Part shown: in pieces, positions 20,864 through 29,531 of the stretch | Position numbering within the stretch: position 1 is the first letter of the stretch | Layout of the letters: every line of letters starts with the position of its first letter | Source of the DNA: an uncultured Clostridia bacterium | GTDB taxonomy: Bacteria; Bacillota; Clostridia; TANB77; CAG-508 | Reading direction: 5' to 3' | Assembly: GCA_944391965.1 (NCBI GenBank) | Contig: CALXVH010000002.1 | Span: forward strand, 22,425-86,424 | Length of the DNA stretch: 64,000 bases | Program-made: the position numbers and the translations under genes | The notes under the pieces: generated by a model | Told to the model about the DNA's origin: nothing | Seen by the model: only the letters and a program-made list of their open reading frames with translations | Database searches by the model: none

Positions 20864-21931
20864 CTATGTATTTTCTAATGAGTCTAAACCAATTTCTATT
20901 GCTTTTAAATATTTATTTATTTCTTCTTCATTATTTAATTCTTTTATTTTTTCTAAAATTAGATCTACATATATTCCTCTTAAACTATTTTCATTTTTTA
21001 TTTTTTCTAAATCATAATTTATTTTTGTTTTATCTTTTATTTTTAAAATATTATTATTTTGAATTAATTTATTTATTTCTAAAATATTTATTTCAAAGTT
21101 TCTTTTTCCATTTAAAATTATTTTATAAAAATTATTTTTATTTAATTTTAATTCCTGTAATTTTTCTATTAATTCTTCTTTTGAATTAATCTCTGATATA
21201 TCATAATTAATTTCTTTAAATTCTCTTTCATCGATTGGAATAAATTCAATTTTTATTTCTTTATGTTTTATTTCTCCTGCAATAAAACCATGTTTTCCTA
21301 ACTCGTCAAACCCAAAAGAAATTGGTGAACCAGGATATACAATTTTATTATCATATTTTGGTTTATGAATATGTCCCAACGCTATATAATCAAACTTTAA
21401 TAAATCTCTTGTTGCGACTGGATTATATAATTCTTTTGCTTCTTTTGAAGCATCTAAATCTGCATGCATTATTAATATATTATTTTTCTGATTATCTAAA
21501 TTTATCTCATTCACATTTATTCCTTCAGAATAAAAACTACTAAAGCCATAGCCATATATATTAACATCATCTAATTCTATTTTCTCTATATCATATTTAA
21601 ATATATGTACATTATTATTCCAATTAAATTTCATATAATATGAATTTATTAAATATGGGTCATGATTTCCTGGTGTAATAAATATTTTTGTATTTGGAAT
21701 TGTTTTAAATAAATTATTTATATATTCTATTGTGCTTTGTTTTACATAGTCATTTTCGTATAAATCTCCTGATATAAATAAGCACTCTATATTATTTTCT
21801 TGTATATATTCTATTATTTTTTTTAATATTTTTCTTTGTTCTAGTCTTCTTATATCTGATAATCCTTCTATTCTTCCCAAACTTGTAAATGGACTATCGA
21901 AATGCATATCAGCTATATGTACAAATTTCAT
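20864..21931 (-). CDS. YhaO/SbcD-like metallophosphoesterase (DNA repair exonuclease)
   Basis: MKFVHIADMHFD, SGDLYEND, GNHDP and GHIHKP. I place the start at the ATG at 21929-21931, which is preceded by AGGAGG; the ORF-track start at 21973 has no RBS. Confidence 0.75.
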   Translation of the reverse strand: MKFVHIADMHFDSPFTSLGRIEGLSDIRRLEQRKILKKIIEYIQENNIECLFISGDLYENDYVKQSTIEYINNLFKTIPNTKIFITPGNHDPYLINSYYMKFNWNNNVHIFKYDIEKIELDDVNIYGYGFSSFYSEGINVNEINLDNQKNNILIMHADLDASKEAKELYNPVATRDLLKFDYIALGHIHKPKYDNKIVYPGSPISFGFDELGKHGFIAGEIKHKEIKIEFIPIDEREFKEINYDISEINSKEELIEKLQELKLNKNNFYKIILNGKRNFEINILEINKLIQNNNILKIKDKTKINYDLEKIKNENSLRGIYVDLILEKIKELNNEEEINKYLKAIEIGLDSLENT

Positions 21932-22056
21932 TGCTTCCTCCTTTGTAAACATTTGTTTTTGATAATATATCACAAATACTTGTTTGTGTAAATCAAATTT
22001 TAATTTTTTGTTGCTTACTTTTTACTAATTATACTAAAATATATTTGGTGATTTAA

Positions 22057-22365
22057 ATGAGTTCAATTCTTGATGAAGATTTACTTTATTTGATTTACTC
22101 TATAGTAGAAGAAATTCCTGAGGGTAAAGTTGCAACATATGGGCAAATTGCAAGATTAGCTGGTATTCCTAAAAATTCTAGACTAGTTGGAAAAGCATTA
22201 AAATACTCATCACTATATGGTGATTTTCATTGCCATAGAGTTGTAAATTATAATGGTAGATTAGTTCCTGGATGGGATGAACAAATTGTATTATTACAAA
22301 ATGAAGGAATTACTTTTAAAGATAATCTACATGTTGACTTAAAAAAACATTTATGGGATATGTAA
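22057..22365 (+). CDS. MGMT-family (methylated-DNA--protein-cysteine methyltransferase DNA-binding domain) protein
   Basis: 102 aa with ATYGQIARLAG and HCHRVV, a variant of the PCHRV active-site motif. Confidence 0.7.
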   Translation: MSSILDEDLLYLIYSIVEEIPEGKVATYGQIARLAGIPKNSRLVGKALKYSSLYGDFHCHRVVNYNGRLVPGWDEQIVLLQNEGITFKDNLHVDLKKHLWDM

Positions 22366-22415
22366 TTTTGTATATTATCTAAATAAAAAAAACACTTCCA
22401 GTCATATGGAAGTGT

Positions 22416-22492
22416 TGGTGCACCAGGAGGAATTCGAATCCCCGACCTTTCGGTTCGTAGCCGAATGCTCTATCCAGCTAAGCTACTGGTGC
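22416..22492 (-). tRNA. tRNA-Arg (anticodon ACG)
   Basis: The reverse complement folds as a cloverleaf: GCACCAG/CTGGTGC acceptor, GCTT..GAGC D-arm, TTCGG-CTACGAA-CCGAA anticodon arm, GGGGA-TTCGAAT-TCCTC T-arm, and an encoded CCA. Confidence 0.9.
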
Positions 22493-22505
22493 ATGTCCGT
22501 TTAAT

Positions 22506-22534
22506 ATTATAACAGTTCTCTTTTAATTATTCAA
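22506..22534 (-). promoter_or_regulatory. Sigma-A-type promoter candidate for tRNA-Arg
   Basis: The minus strand reads TTGAAT, a 17-nt spacer, then TATAAT, ending about 13 nt upstream of the tRNA 5' end. Confidence 0.5.
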
Positions 22535-22562
22535 GTTTTTTTAAAATTTTCTGTAAAAAGGC

Positions 22563-22591
22563 TTGAAATTTCATTTTTATTATGTTATATT
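22563..22591 (+). promoter_or_regulatory. Sigma-A-type promoter candidate for tRNA-Pro
   Basis: TTGAAA, a 17-nt spacer, then TATATT, about 18 nt upstream of the tRNA 5' end. Confidence 0.45.
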
Positions 22592-22609
22592 ATATTGGTA
22601 CTTTGTAAT

Positions 22610-22685
22610 CGAGGTGTAGCGCAGTTGGTAGCGCGCGTGGTTTGGGACCATGAGGTCGCAGGTTCGATCCCTGTCACCTCGACCA
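22610..22685 (+). tRNA. tRNA-Pro (anticodon UGG)
   Basis: CGAGGTG/CACCTCG acceptor, GCGC..GCGC D-arm, CGTGG-TTTGGGA-CCATG anticodon arm, GCAGG-TTCGATC-CCTGT T-arm, and an encoded CCA. A hairpin (aaggaactt/aagttcctt plus T-run) follows. Confidence 0.9.
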
Positions 22686-22759
22686 TAAAAAGGAACTTTT
22701 TGAAGTTCCTTATTTTTTTGTGAATTTTGAAAAAGGCTATTTCAAGCCCTTTTTATTTT

Positions 22760-23320
22760 TTACATTGTATTCGTCGCTCTACGAATAACTTCTTCAAGTC
22801 TTCCCTGTTTTTTTGCTATAACTAAAACACGTAAATTTTGCTCAAAAGCAGATATGTATTCAATATCTCTAGGATTATATGGATTTTTTTCAAACTCTAC
22901 TTTATCCTTATATAACTTAATAATTAATTCTGATTTAGAAAAAATATCTTGTGTCCATTCTATAGTAGCATATTTTAAATACTCTTTATCTGCAAGAATC
23001 ATTGAACCTCCAATCATATCTATCTTTTTTGGATTATAAATATTAAAGAATTTCACTAACTCTTTATAATCATAATTAAAATTTAATAAATATGCATCAT
23101 TATTTAACACTTCAATTATACTATTAGCGCTTTTCATATTTGTAATAAAATATAAAAACTTTTCCTCATTAATATAATTACAATTTGTTAAATTCGTAAT
23201 ATCGTTATTTTTGATATAATTAACTATTTGCCTTATCTTTGGATTACTTTGTATTTCTTTTGTGGCTTTAACTTCAATATTTCGTAAGAACTCTTCTTTG
23301 TCCATATTGCCCCCTAACAT
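22760..23320 (-). CDS. Hypothetical protein (last gene of the accessory operon)
   Basis: A 186 aa ORF with no motif I recognise. The more likely start is the ATG at 23305 (MDKEEF), which is preceded by AGGGGG. Confidence 0.45.
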   Translation of the reverse strand: MLGGNMDKEEFLRNIEVKATKEIQSNPKIRQIVNYIKNNDITNLTNCNYINEEKFLYFITNMKSANSIIEVLNNDAYLLNFNYDYKELVKFFNIYNPKKIDMIGGSMILADKEYLKYATIEWTQDIFSKSELIIKLYKDKVEFEKNPYNPRDIEYISAFEQNLRVLVIAKKQGRLEEVIRRATNTM

Positions 23321-23394
23321 AATAATAAATCAATATATCAAAAAAATTGTATCACATTTTTGTTATTATAACAATTAAAGCATTATAGTTTACT

Positions 23395-24405
23395 TTAGTC
23401 ACTAGATTTTCCTGCTCCTAAAATGTCTCCATTTATTGCATCAACATAAATATATAGACTTGTTAATGCATCATTTTCATCAAACAATCTAATTTGCCAC
23501 ATTACTTGTCCTTTATATTTATCAGTTTTCCATTGTTCTTCCCAATAATAAATTCTATTTATATCATCTAATTCAAATAACAAATCAGCTGCAGGTTCAT
23601 CATTTTTGTTTTTCCCTCTACTATAAAATTCAGAATGCCAACCTTGATATTGATACTTTTCTTTCTTAGATTCTTCATCTGCTATATCACAAGCCTCTTC
23701 TTCTGAAATAATATTTGTTTCTTTTCCATTAATTACAGCATAATACTTGCCATCTCTAACAAAATATTTTTCATTCTCGATGTCGTTAATACTATTAGTT
23801 TCATTAGTTGCTTCAGAAGTACTATTTTGAGCTATAATATTAAGATTAACTTCATTATTATTATTTATATTAATTGTATTTTTCTTGAATAATATAACTT
23901 CAAATAAGCTAATTAATAAAATTATTAATAAAATTATTAACCATATATATCTATCTTTTATGTTTATATCTTTTTCTTTAATATTAATTTTTTTATTTAT
24001 GCTATAACAGGTTATATAAATAACATATATTAATAAATATAATAATTCATATTTTAAAATAACTGCCAAGATGTATCCATCACTTATTCCTTCTTCTTTT
24101 AGAAATGCATATAACTCTCTTCCATCACCATCATCTAATAAAGTTTGATCTTTTTCTCCATTAGTATATTCAAAAAACAAATACCAGTCTCCCAATCCTT
24201 GCATATAACCAATTTTTTTTAAACTTCCTTCTAGCTCTATTCCATTTGAGGAAAGCATGTGTAAAATATATTCTTCATTTTTTTCATTAACTGTTACATA
24301 TGCTCTGCCTCTAAAAGATAAAAATAATAACACTACTACACATATAGGAATTAAAATTACATCAATTATCATAAGCTTTTTCAAAATTTTATTTATTTTA
24401 TTCAT
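23395..24405 (-). CDS. Membrane protein with a C-terminal PepSY-like domain
   Basis: TM helices at about aa 10-30, 115-135 and 150-170. The C-terminus ...SLYIYVDAINGDILGAGKS resembles the PepSY pattern (v.vDa.tGeil). Confidence 0.45.
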   Translation of the reverse strand: MNKINKILKKLMIIDVILIPICVVVLLFLSFRGRAYVTVNEKNEEYILHMLSSNGIELEGSLKKIGYMQGLGDWYLFFEYTNGEKDQTLLDDGDGRELYAFLKEEGISDGYILAVILKYELLYLLIYVIYITCYSINKKINIKEKDINIKDRYIWLIILLIILLISLFEVILFKKNTININNNNEVNLNIIAQNSTSEATNETNSINDIENEKYFVRDGKYYAVINGKETNIISEEEACDIADEESKKEKYQYQGWHSEFYSRGKNKNDEPAADLLFELDDINRIYYWEEQWKTDKYKGQVMWQIRLFDENDALTSLYIYVDAINGDILGAGKSSD

Positions 24406-24409
24406 CGTA

Positions 24410-24835
24410 TCACCTTATAAAAAAACTTCTAATTTTATTTAAAATTTTATTAAACAATTTCTCTTCTTTTGGTTCTTCTACAACAATCAATTTATTATTT
24501 ACCTCTTCTTTTTTTAATATATTATCCGTATTATATTTTTCTTGCCTTATTTTATCTTGCTTTAATAAGTCTATTTGCAATTTCTCTATGTATCCTTCTC
24601 TATCCTCACATAAATAATCTTTATATATTAAAGTAATTATTCCCCTCGTTAAATTAGAAATTTTTTGTTCATTTAATCTTTTATTTGTGTCATAATTAAA
24701 TGTATAAGTTTTATCCTCAATATCTTTCAGGAACTCTTTAAATGTATGAGGAATTTTATTCTTCACATCACTTGTTGAATTTTCTAATATTATATTAACT
24801 TCTGTTGCAGCTCTACTTAATTCTTTTGTAACCAT
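24410..24835 (-). CDS. Hypothetical protein
   Basis: About 141 aa. I chose the ATG at 24835 because it follows AAGGAAG with an 8-nt spacing. No motif recognised. Confidence 0.4.
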   Translation of the reverse strand: MVTKELSRAATEVNIILENSTSDVKNKIPHTFKEFLKDIEDKTYTFNYDTNKRLNEQKISNLTRGIITLIYKDYLCEDREGYIEKLQIDLLKQDKIRQEKYNTDNILKKEEVNNKLIVVEEPKEEKLFNKILNKIRSFFIR

Positions 24836-24847
24836 ACACATTCTTCC

Positions 24848-26326
24848 TTACTCTAAGCTTTTACCTTCTTTTTCATTTTCTATTTTTCGACTCTGTACAG
24901 CAGATTTAAGTTTTCCCATTGCATTTCTCATATTAGTTATTGGATTAACTCGTTCTATATCTTGCGCAACTTCTGCAAATTCGTCAATTCCAATTGCTTC
25001 GTTTTTAAATCTTGAAAAGTCTAATTGTGATGGAATTGCATCAAAAAAACTTTTTTCTTCTGCTAATGCTTCTGTGTATCTACCAATAAAACCATCTACA
25101 ATTTCTTTAGATTCAACATCGGTCTTGCCATTTAATAACATCGTTCTCAAATTTTCTATTTCATTTTCAGTTAATTCTGTTTTCCCTAATACTCTTGAAT
25201 TCTCTATTTCTTCTTGTTTTTCTGGAGGATAATCTAATTTTTTTCCTAAATTTCCAAATTTCCTAATAATCTTAGATTTTGTTGTTTCCCCTCTGTCTGA
25301 CATTTCTCCATAATCAGATATGTATTGTAAAGCATTCTTTCCTTGCACAGGAATTTGCTCAAGTTCTCCTTTTATTTTATATGAATGACGTATAAAGTCT
25401 GTAAAAGTTCGTCCTTGTCCTAACTCTTTATCTCTTGCTTCTATTACTTTTAAAGCCATTTGCATTTTTTCAAAATATTTATCTGTTCTAATCTCTTGTT
25501 CCGGACATCCTAAACTTCTTGTTATTGTCACCGCTACTGCTTGTACAAATCCTTCTGTTACTTGATTATGTATTACTTCTTCTCCATTAGGTAATATTTC
25601 AGTTGTTGTTAATCCAGTCGAAATATTAAATTGACCTTCTACTGGTAAATCTATAACATCTGATATAGTTCTTTTCCCATTCAAATATTCCATTTTTCTA
25701 TATTTATCTACTTTATTATAATTACTATATTTTCTTCCATCTATACTCGTATATATCTGTGGTTCATCTTTTGATACAAAATCTTTCTCCATATAATGTG
25801 TTACCTCATGAAAGAAAGTGTCTCTTAAATCTGTTAAATCTCGAAATGTTGCTCCCTCTCGTATCTTTTTTCCTTCATTATCTCTAACTTCTTTAAATAT
25901 AGCTACTGTATCTGCTAACTTACCATTTTTATCAAAATAGCTGAAATGCATTGCTCCCGTATGTTTTCTAACTGTATTATAGTATTCTTGTGAATTAGCC
26001 ATCATCATAGTTTTATCTTGATAGTTTTTACCATATAATATGTCATCATTATTCTCATTAAATTCCCCTAGAACTAAATTATCAATTTCCATCAACTTAC
26101 TTAAGGCCTCATCAAAACTAACTATACCATTAGTAATATTTTCTATCCCTTTTGAATACTCATATGCTAATAGCAATGTTAAATTAACTTCTTCCCCATT
26201 TTCATCAATAAAATTTCTCTGCCAAGTATCCTTTTCACTTAACGCTTTACTTACCTTTGTTAAATTTTCAGAATCATTTTCTTCATATTTTTTTAATAGT
26301 TCATCTACTTCGATTTTAATTTTCAT
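24848..26326 (-). CDS. Putative zinc metallopeptidase-like protein (HExxH)
   Basis: About 492 aa, cytoplasmic-looking, with FFHEVTHYME (HExxH) and a downstream VTEGF as a candidate third ligand. The ATG at 26326 follows AAGGTG plus a 6-nt spacer. Confidence 0.4.
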   Translation of the reverse strand: MKIKIEVDELLKKYEENDSENLTKVSKALSEKDTWQRNFIDENGEEVNLTLLLAYEYSKGIENITNGIVSFDEALSKLMEIDNLVLGEFNENNDDILYGKNYQDKTMMMANSQEYYNTVRKHTGAMHFSYFDKNGKLADTVAIFKEVRDNEGKKIREGATFRDLTDLRDTFFHEVTHYMEKDFVSKDEPQIYTSIDGRKYSNYNKVDKYRKMEYLNGKRTISDVIDLPVEGQFNISTGLTTTEILPNGEEVIHNQVTEGFVQAVAVTITRSLGCPEQEIRTDKYFEKMQMALKVIEARDKELGQGRTFTDFIRHSYKIKGELEQIPVQGKNALQYISDYGEMSDRGETTKSKIIRKFGNLGKKLDYPPEKQEEIENSRVLGKTELTENEIENLRTMLLNGKTDVESKEIVDGFIGRYTEALAEEKSFFDAIPSQLDFSRFKNEAIGIDEFAEVAQDIERVNPITNMRNAMGKLKSAVQSRKIENEKEGKSLE

Positions 26327-26336
26327 ATGTTTCACC

Positions 26337-26936
26337 TTATTTATTTAAAATAACTTTTTCCTGTTTTAAGGCTTTTTTCTTTTCTTTTTTCATAGCTATT
26401 AATATTCTTGGTCTATTATATCTTTGCATAATAATAAACTGACTATCAAAAGCCATAGCACAAAGTGCGGTTATAAAAAATATCCAAAATTGTCCCCATA
26501 TTGCAGAAAAGAAAATTGTTGAAATAGAAATAACTTCATTAACCCAATGATCTAGTTCTGACTTTGCCATTGTATTTGCGATATCCTCTAATGAATGTTC
26601 TTTTAGCAAAAATGTTTCTGGATTATATGTAAGTGCTTTTCCTTTCCACTTTTTCACTTTTAATTTTTGATACAATTTCTTTTCAAATTTTCTCTCTTTA
26701 AACCACCATTGTTTATATGATATATGTTTTTTAAATAGTTTGGTAACATTTCCCATAATAATTCTCACCCAAAAATGATACATTATAGTAAATGTTGTTA
26801 CCCCTGTCCATAAAATAACTTCGCTTTTATGAATATTTCCATAGTATAATGTAAAACAAATAATACTTACTATACAGGTAACAATTATTACACTATGCAT
26901 AAAAACAGCGGGTTTGCTCTTTTTATTTTTTTCCAT
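26337..26936 (-). CDS. Membrane protein resembling the glycosyl-4,4'-diaponeurosporenoate acyltransferase (CrtO-like) family
   Basis: Four TM helices, KVKKWKGK, SELDHW and the C-terminal QRYNRPR motif I associate with that family. Confidence 0.45.
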   Translation of the reverse strand: MEKNKKSKPAVFMHSVIIVTCIVSIICFTLYYGNIHKSEVILWTGVTTFTIMYHFWVRIIMGNVTKLFKKHISYKQWWFKERKFEKKLYQKLKVKKWKGKALTYNPETFLLKEHSLEDIANTMAKSELDHWVNEVISISTIFFSAIWGQFWIFFITALCAMAFDSQFIIMQRYNRPRILIAMKKEKKKALKQEKVILNK

Positions 26937-26973
26937 TTTATTACTCCATTTTTTCTATGTATTTTAAATTTCT

Positions 26974-27681
26974 TTACCTTTCTTCATCCTCTTTATTTTC
27001 ACCTAATATATTACCTTGTCTTTGTTTTTCTTGGCTTATTCCTTCTTGAATCGCTGTTTTTATTAGGGCTGTTAGATGTTCTGGCTCTGGATAATCTTTT
27101 TTATCTAATGCTGCTAATACAAATTTATCCCTAATGCTATATCTCTTAATTCTACCATTCTCATCTGTAGCTCTAGAAAGTTGATCTAATAGCATTGAAA
27201 TATCCATTGGAAATCCATGTTCTTTTGCATAAATATCAGCAAACGCTAAAGTTGTTCTTGTGTTTCCATCTCTAAAAGGATGTACTCGCCAAATCTTTGC
27301 TAACCCTTGCGTAAATTCTGAAGCAATTTCTTCTATGTTTTTTCCTTGCCAACTAGTATTATTTAAAACATCTAATGCTGAATCTAATTCTTCTGGAATA
27401 TCCTTTGGCTCGGTATAATGTAAACTTAATCCTGGTATTACAACCTCTATTTTTTCAATTGGAACTGACCTGAATTCTCCAGCCCAATCAAAAATATCTC
27501 CAAAAATATGCTTATGTATTGTTTTAAAGAACTCTGCATCATATCTCTTCTTAAAAGCTTTATTTACATCGATTAATTTTACAAATCCTATATCTTTTTC
27601 TGCCTTATTTAAATCATCATACTCTTCTATTCCTAATTTATTTTTTAGAGTTCCGTTTTCTTGTATATATGGATCTTTCAT
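26974..27681 (-). CDS. fic: Fic/DOC-family protein (probable AMPylating toxin)
   Basis: The Fic core HPFRDGNTRTTLAF matches HxFx(D/E)GNGRxxR, with GNTR in place of GNGR. Confidence 0.8.
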   Translation of the reverse strand: MKDPYIQENGTLKNKLGIEEYDDLNKAEKDIGFVKLIDVNKAFKKRYDAEFFKTIHKHIFGDIFDWAGEFRSVPIEKIEVVIPGLSLHYTEPKDIPEELDSALDVLNNTSWQGKNIEEIASEFTQGLAKIWRVHPFRDGNTRTTLAFADIYAKEHGFPMDISMLLDQLSRATDENGRIKRYSIRDKFVLAALDKKDYPEPEHLTALIKTAIQEGISQEKQRQGNILGENKEDEER

Positions 27682-27692
27682 AGTTACTCTCC

Positions 27693-27902
27693 TTATTTAT
27701 TTTTATTATATTTATTTTTATTATATTTATCTATAATTCTCTTTTGAAGTTCCTCTAATTCGATTTTTCCATCAACATACTCTTTTGTAAGATTTAGCGT
27801 TTCATCTGTTGGCACATCTGCTCCTGATATAGAAATCGCTAAGGCTTTTTTTACTAGTTTTATTCGGTCTTTTCTAGTTGTTTTATCTACAGAATATTCC
27901 AT
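27693..27902 (-). CDS. VbhA-like small antitoxin-family protein upstream of fic
   Basis: About 69 aa. ALAISISGADVPTDETLNLTKEYVDGKIELEELQKRI resembles the VbhA layout, and the gene is translationally adjacent to fic. The ATG at 27902 is preferred on RBS spacing. Confidence 0.55.
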   Translation of the reverse strand: MEYSVDKTTRKDRIKLVKKALAISISGADVPTDETLNLTKEYVDGKIELEELQKRIIDKYNKNKYNKNK

Positions 27903-28050
27903 ACATTTCATCCCTTCTTACTTTTATTCTTATAAATTACGTATATTATAACAGATTCTAATAAATTTTGATACACTCATATCTAAATATTCTTGCATTT
28001 TATTAGGGTTAAACATATAATTTTAAAAAAACTATAAAAAGGAGTAAATT

Positions 28051-28593
28051 ATGGAAGAAATTTTTGATATTTTTAACGAAAGAGGAGAATATTTAAACCA
28101 AACTGCAAGTCGTGAAGTTTGCCATTCTAAAGGTCTTTGGCATAAGGCTGTGACTGCTTTTATTATTAATTCTAAAGAACAAGTTTTATTACAAAAACGT
28201 AGTCCAAACAAAAAACTATGGCCTAATTGTTGGGATATAACTGCAGGCGGTCATGTACTAAGTGGAGAGTTTGGCTTTCAATCAATTATTCGCGAAGTAG
28301 AAGAAGAATTAGGCATTACTTTAACTAAAAATGATATATTATTCATTGGTAGTTCAATTTCTGTTAACGAAAAAGGAGACATTATTAATAAGCATTTTAA
28401 TGAATATTATATAGTGAACAAAGATATAGATATTTCTAATTTAAGTCTTCAAACCGAAGAAGTTTCAGAAGTTAAATGGGTTGATAAAGATGAGATTATT
28501 AAAAGAGTTAAAAATCACTATGATGGTATAACTGATAAAGAAGGTTGTTGGGAGTACTTAGTTAAATATTACGAATGGTTAGATAAGCAATAG
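28051..28593 (+). CDS. NUDIX hydrolase
   Basis: Nudix box GGHVLSGEFGFQSIIREVEEELGI, with a strong RBS (AAGGAG). Confidence 0.8.
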   Translation: MEEIFDIFNERGEYLNQTASREVCHSKGLWHKAVTAFIINSKEQVLLQKRSPNKKLWPNCWDITAGGHVLSGEFGFQSIIREVEEELGITLTKNDILFIGSSISVNEKGDIINKHFNEYYIVNKDIDISNLSLQTEEVSEVKWVDKDEIIKRVKNHYDGITDKEGCWEYLVKYYEWLDKQ

Positions 28594-28673
28594 ATTTAAT
28601 ATTTGCAAGCTTTTTAATTTACATAATTCAGTTTTTATGTTATAATTTAATAGCATTTAGCAAATTTCAAGTA

Positions 28674-28684
28674 ATGAGGGGGAT
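28674..28684. repeat. Left arm of an 11-bp perfect inverted repeat (ATGAGGGGGAT)
   Basis: atgagggggat at this position is the exact reverse complement of atccccctcat at 29407-29417. Confidence 0.7.
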
Positions 28685-28722
28685 TCTTTTTTTCACTACA
28701 TATTGTAGTAGAAAGGATTTTT

Positions 28723-29400
28723 ATGACAAAAGAGCTATTAATGCATTGGTGGCACTATTATGGTAAAGCCATCTATACTTTTGAGGACTTGGAGAAATTT
28801 TCAGCATTAATCGATAAATATGGTGCAGAAAAAATTTCAGAACTTGTAGTTGCCTCATATATTTCTAATGATGGCTCACCAACCGTTTTACTTTTTGCCA
28901 TTAGGCACAACCAGGTAGACAATCTTCTGAATACATTACCTGATGTTTCTAATTTTTCAAAAGACGAAAAAGAGTTATATGATGTTTTAAAAAATTCTTT
29001 AGAAAAAGAGATTGAAACGTCGTATAACAACTTAGGCGTAGCTGCAACAATTAAGGAAAAAATCGGAGTAATAATGCGGTCAGCTATTATTTTCAAAAAG
29101 CGCCATAGAAGGCGTATCTCATTTGAAAATATAGTAAAGGTACGCTTTAGAAGTTGTACATTTTACTTCGATGTTCGCGCTTTACAAAAGCACGAGCAGG
29201 ATATTGCGTATATTTTTGACAACGTCAAAACAGGACAAGGTTCATTATACAGATTGTTTAGGCTAAAAGACGATTTTATATGGACTGAGGACTTAGGTCC
29301 GATACATGATTTAATGTTAATTGGACTCGCTACCGGGCATATAAAATATGTCAAAAACCACTTCAAAAACGTGCGCAATCCGTACATTATTTGTAACTGA
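28723..29400 (+). CDS. Hypothetical protein in a compositionally atypical (higher-GC) segment
   Basis: A 225 aa ORF with a good RBS (GAAAGGA plus a 5-nt spacer). Hand counts on 60-nt blocks give about 37-38% GC against roughly 25% nearby. No motif recognised. Confidence 0.5.
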   Translation: MTKELLMHWWHYYGKAIYTFEDLEKFSALIDKYGAEKISELVVASYISNDGSPTVLLFAIRHNQVDNLLNTLPDVSNFSKDEKELYDVLKNSLEKEIETSYNNLGVAATIKEKIGVIMRSAIIFKKRHRRRISFENIVKVRFRSCTFYFDVRALQKHEQDIAYIFDNVKTGQGSLYRLFRLKDDFIWTEDLGPIHDLMLIGLATGHIKYVKNHFKNVRNPYIICN

Positions 29401-29406
29401 TAACCT

Positions 29407-29417
29407 ATCCCCCTCAT
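29407..29417. repeat. Right arm of the 11-bp perfect inverted repeat
   Basis: atccccctcat, 7 nt after the stop codon of the 225 aa ORF. Confidence 0.7.
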
Positions 29418-29419
29418 AT

Positions 29420-29472
29420 AATATTCGATATATGATAATTGTACCTAATTATCTATATCGAATATTTTTTAG
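29420..29472 (+). terminator. Long AT-rich hairpin terminator
   Basis: aatattcgatata-t-gataatt ... aattatc-tatatcgaatatt (about 20 bp of stem) followed by TTTTT. Confidence 0.6.
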
Positions 29473-29531
29473 CTCTTTTCTTTTTAATAAATTTATGATA
29501 TCTTGTTATAATAATTATATTAAGGAGTATT

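Noticed and set aside
28773-29417. Two minus-strand ORFs (107 aa and 84 aa) opposite the 225 aa higher-GC ORF.
   Set aside because: The locally higher GC removes stop codons on the antisense strand. The plus-strand ORF is longer and has a proper RBS and terminator.
22366-29500. Possible prophage, ICE or genomic island integrated at tRNA-Pro or tRNA-Arg.
   Set aside because: There is no integrase, recombinase or phage structural gene, and I found no direct repeat of either tRNA 3' end in the candidate boundary regions (27912-28050 and 29400-29530). It is retained only as an accessory operon of unknown origin.
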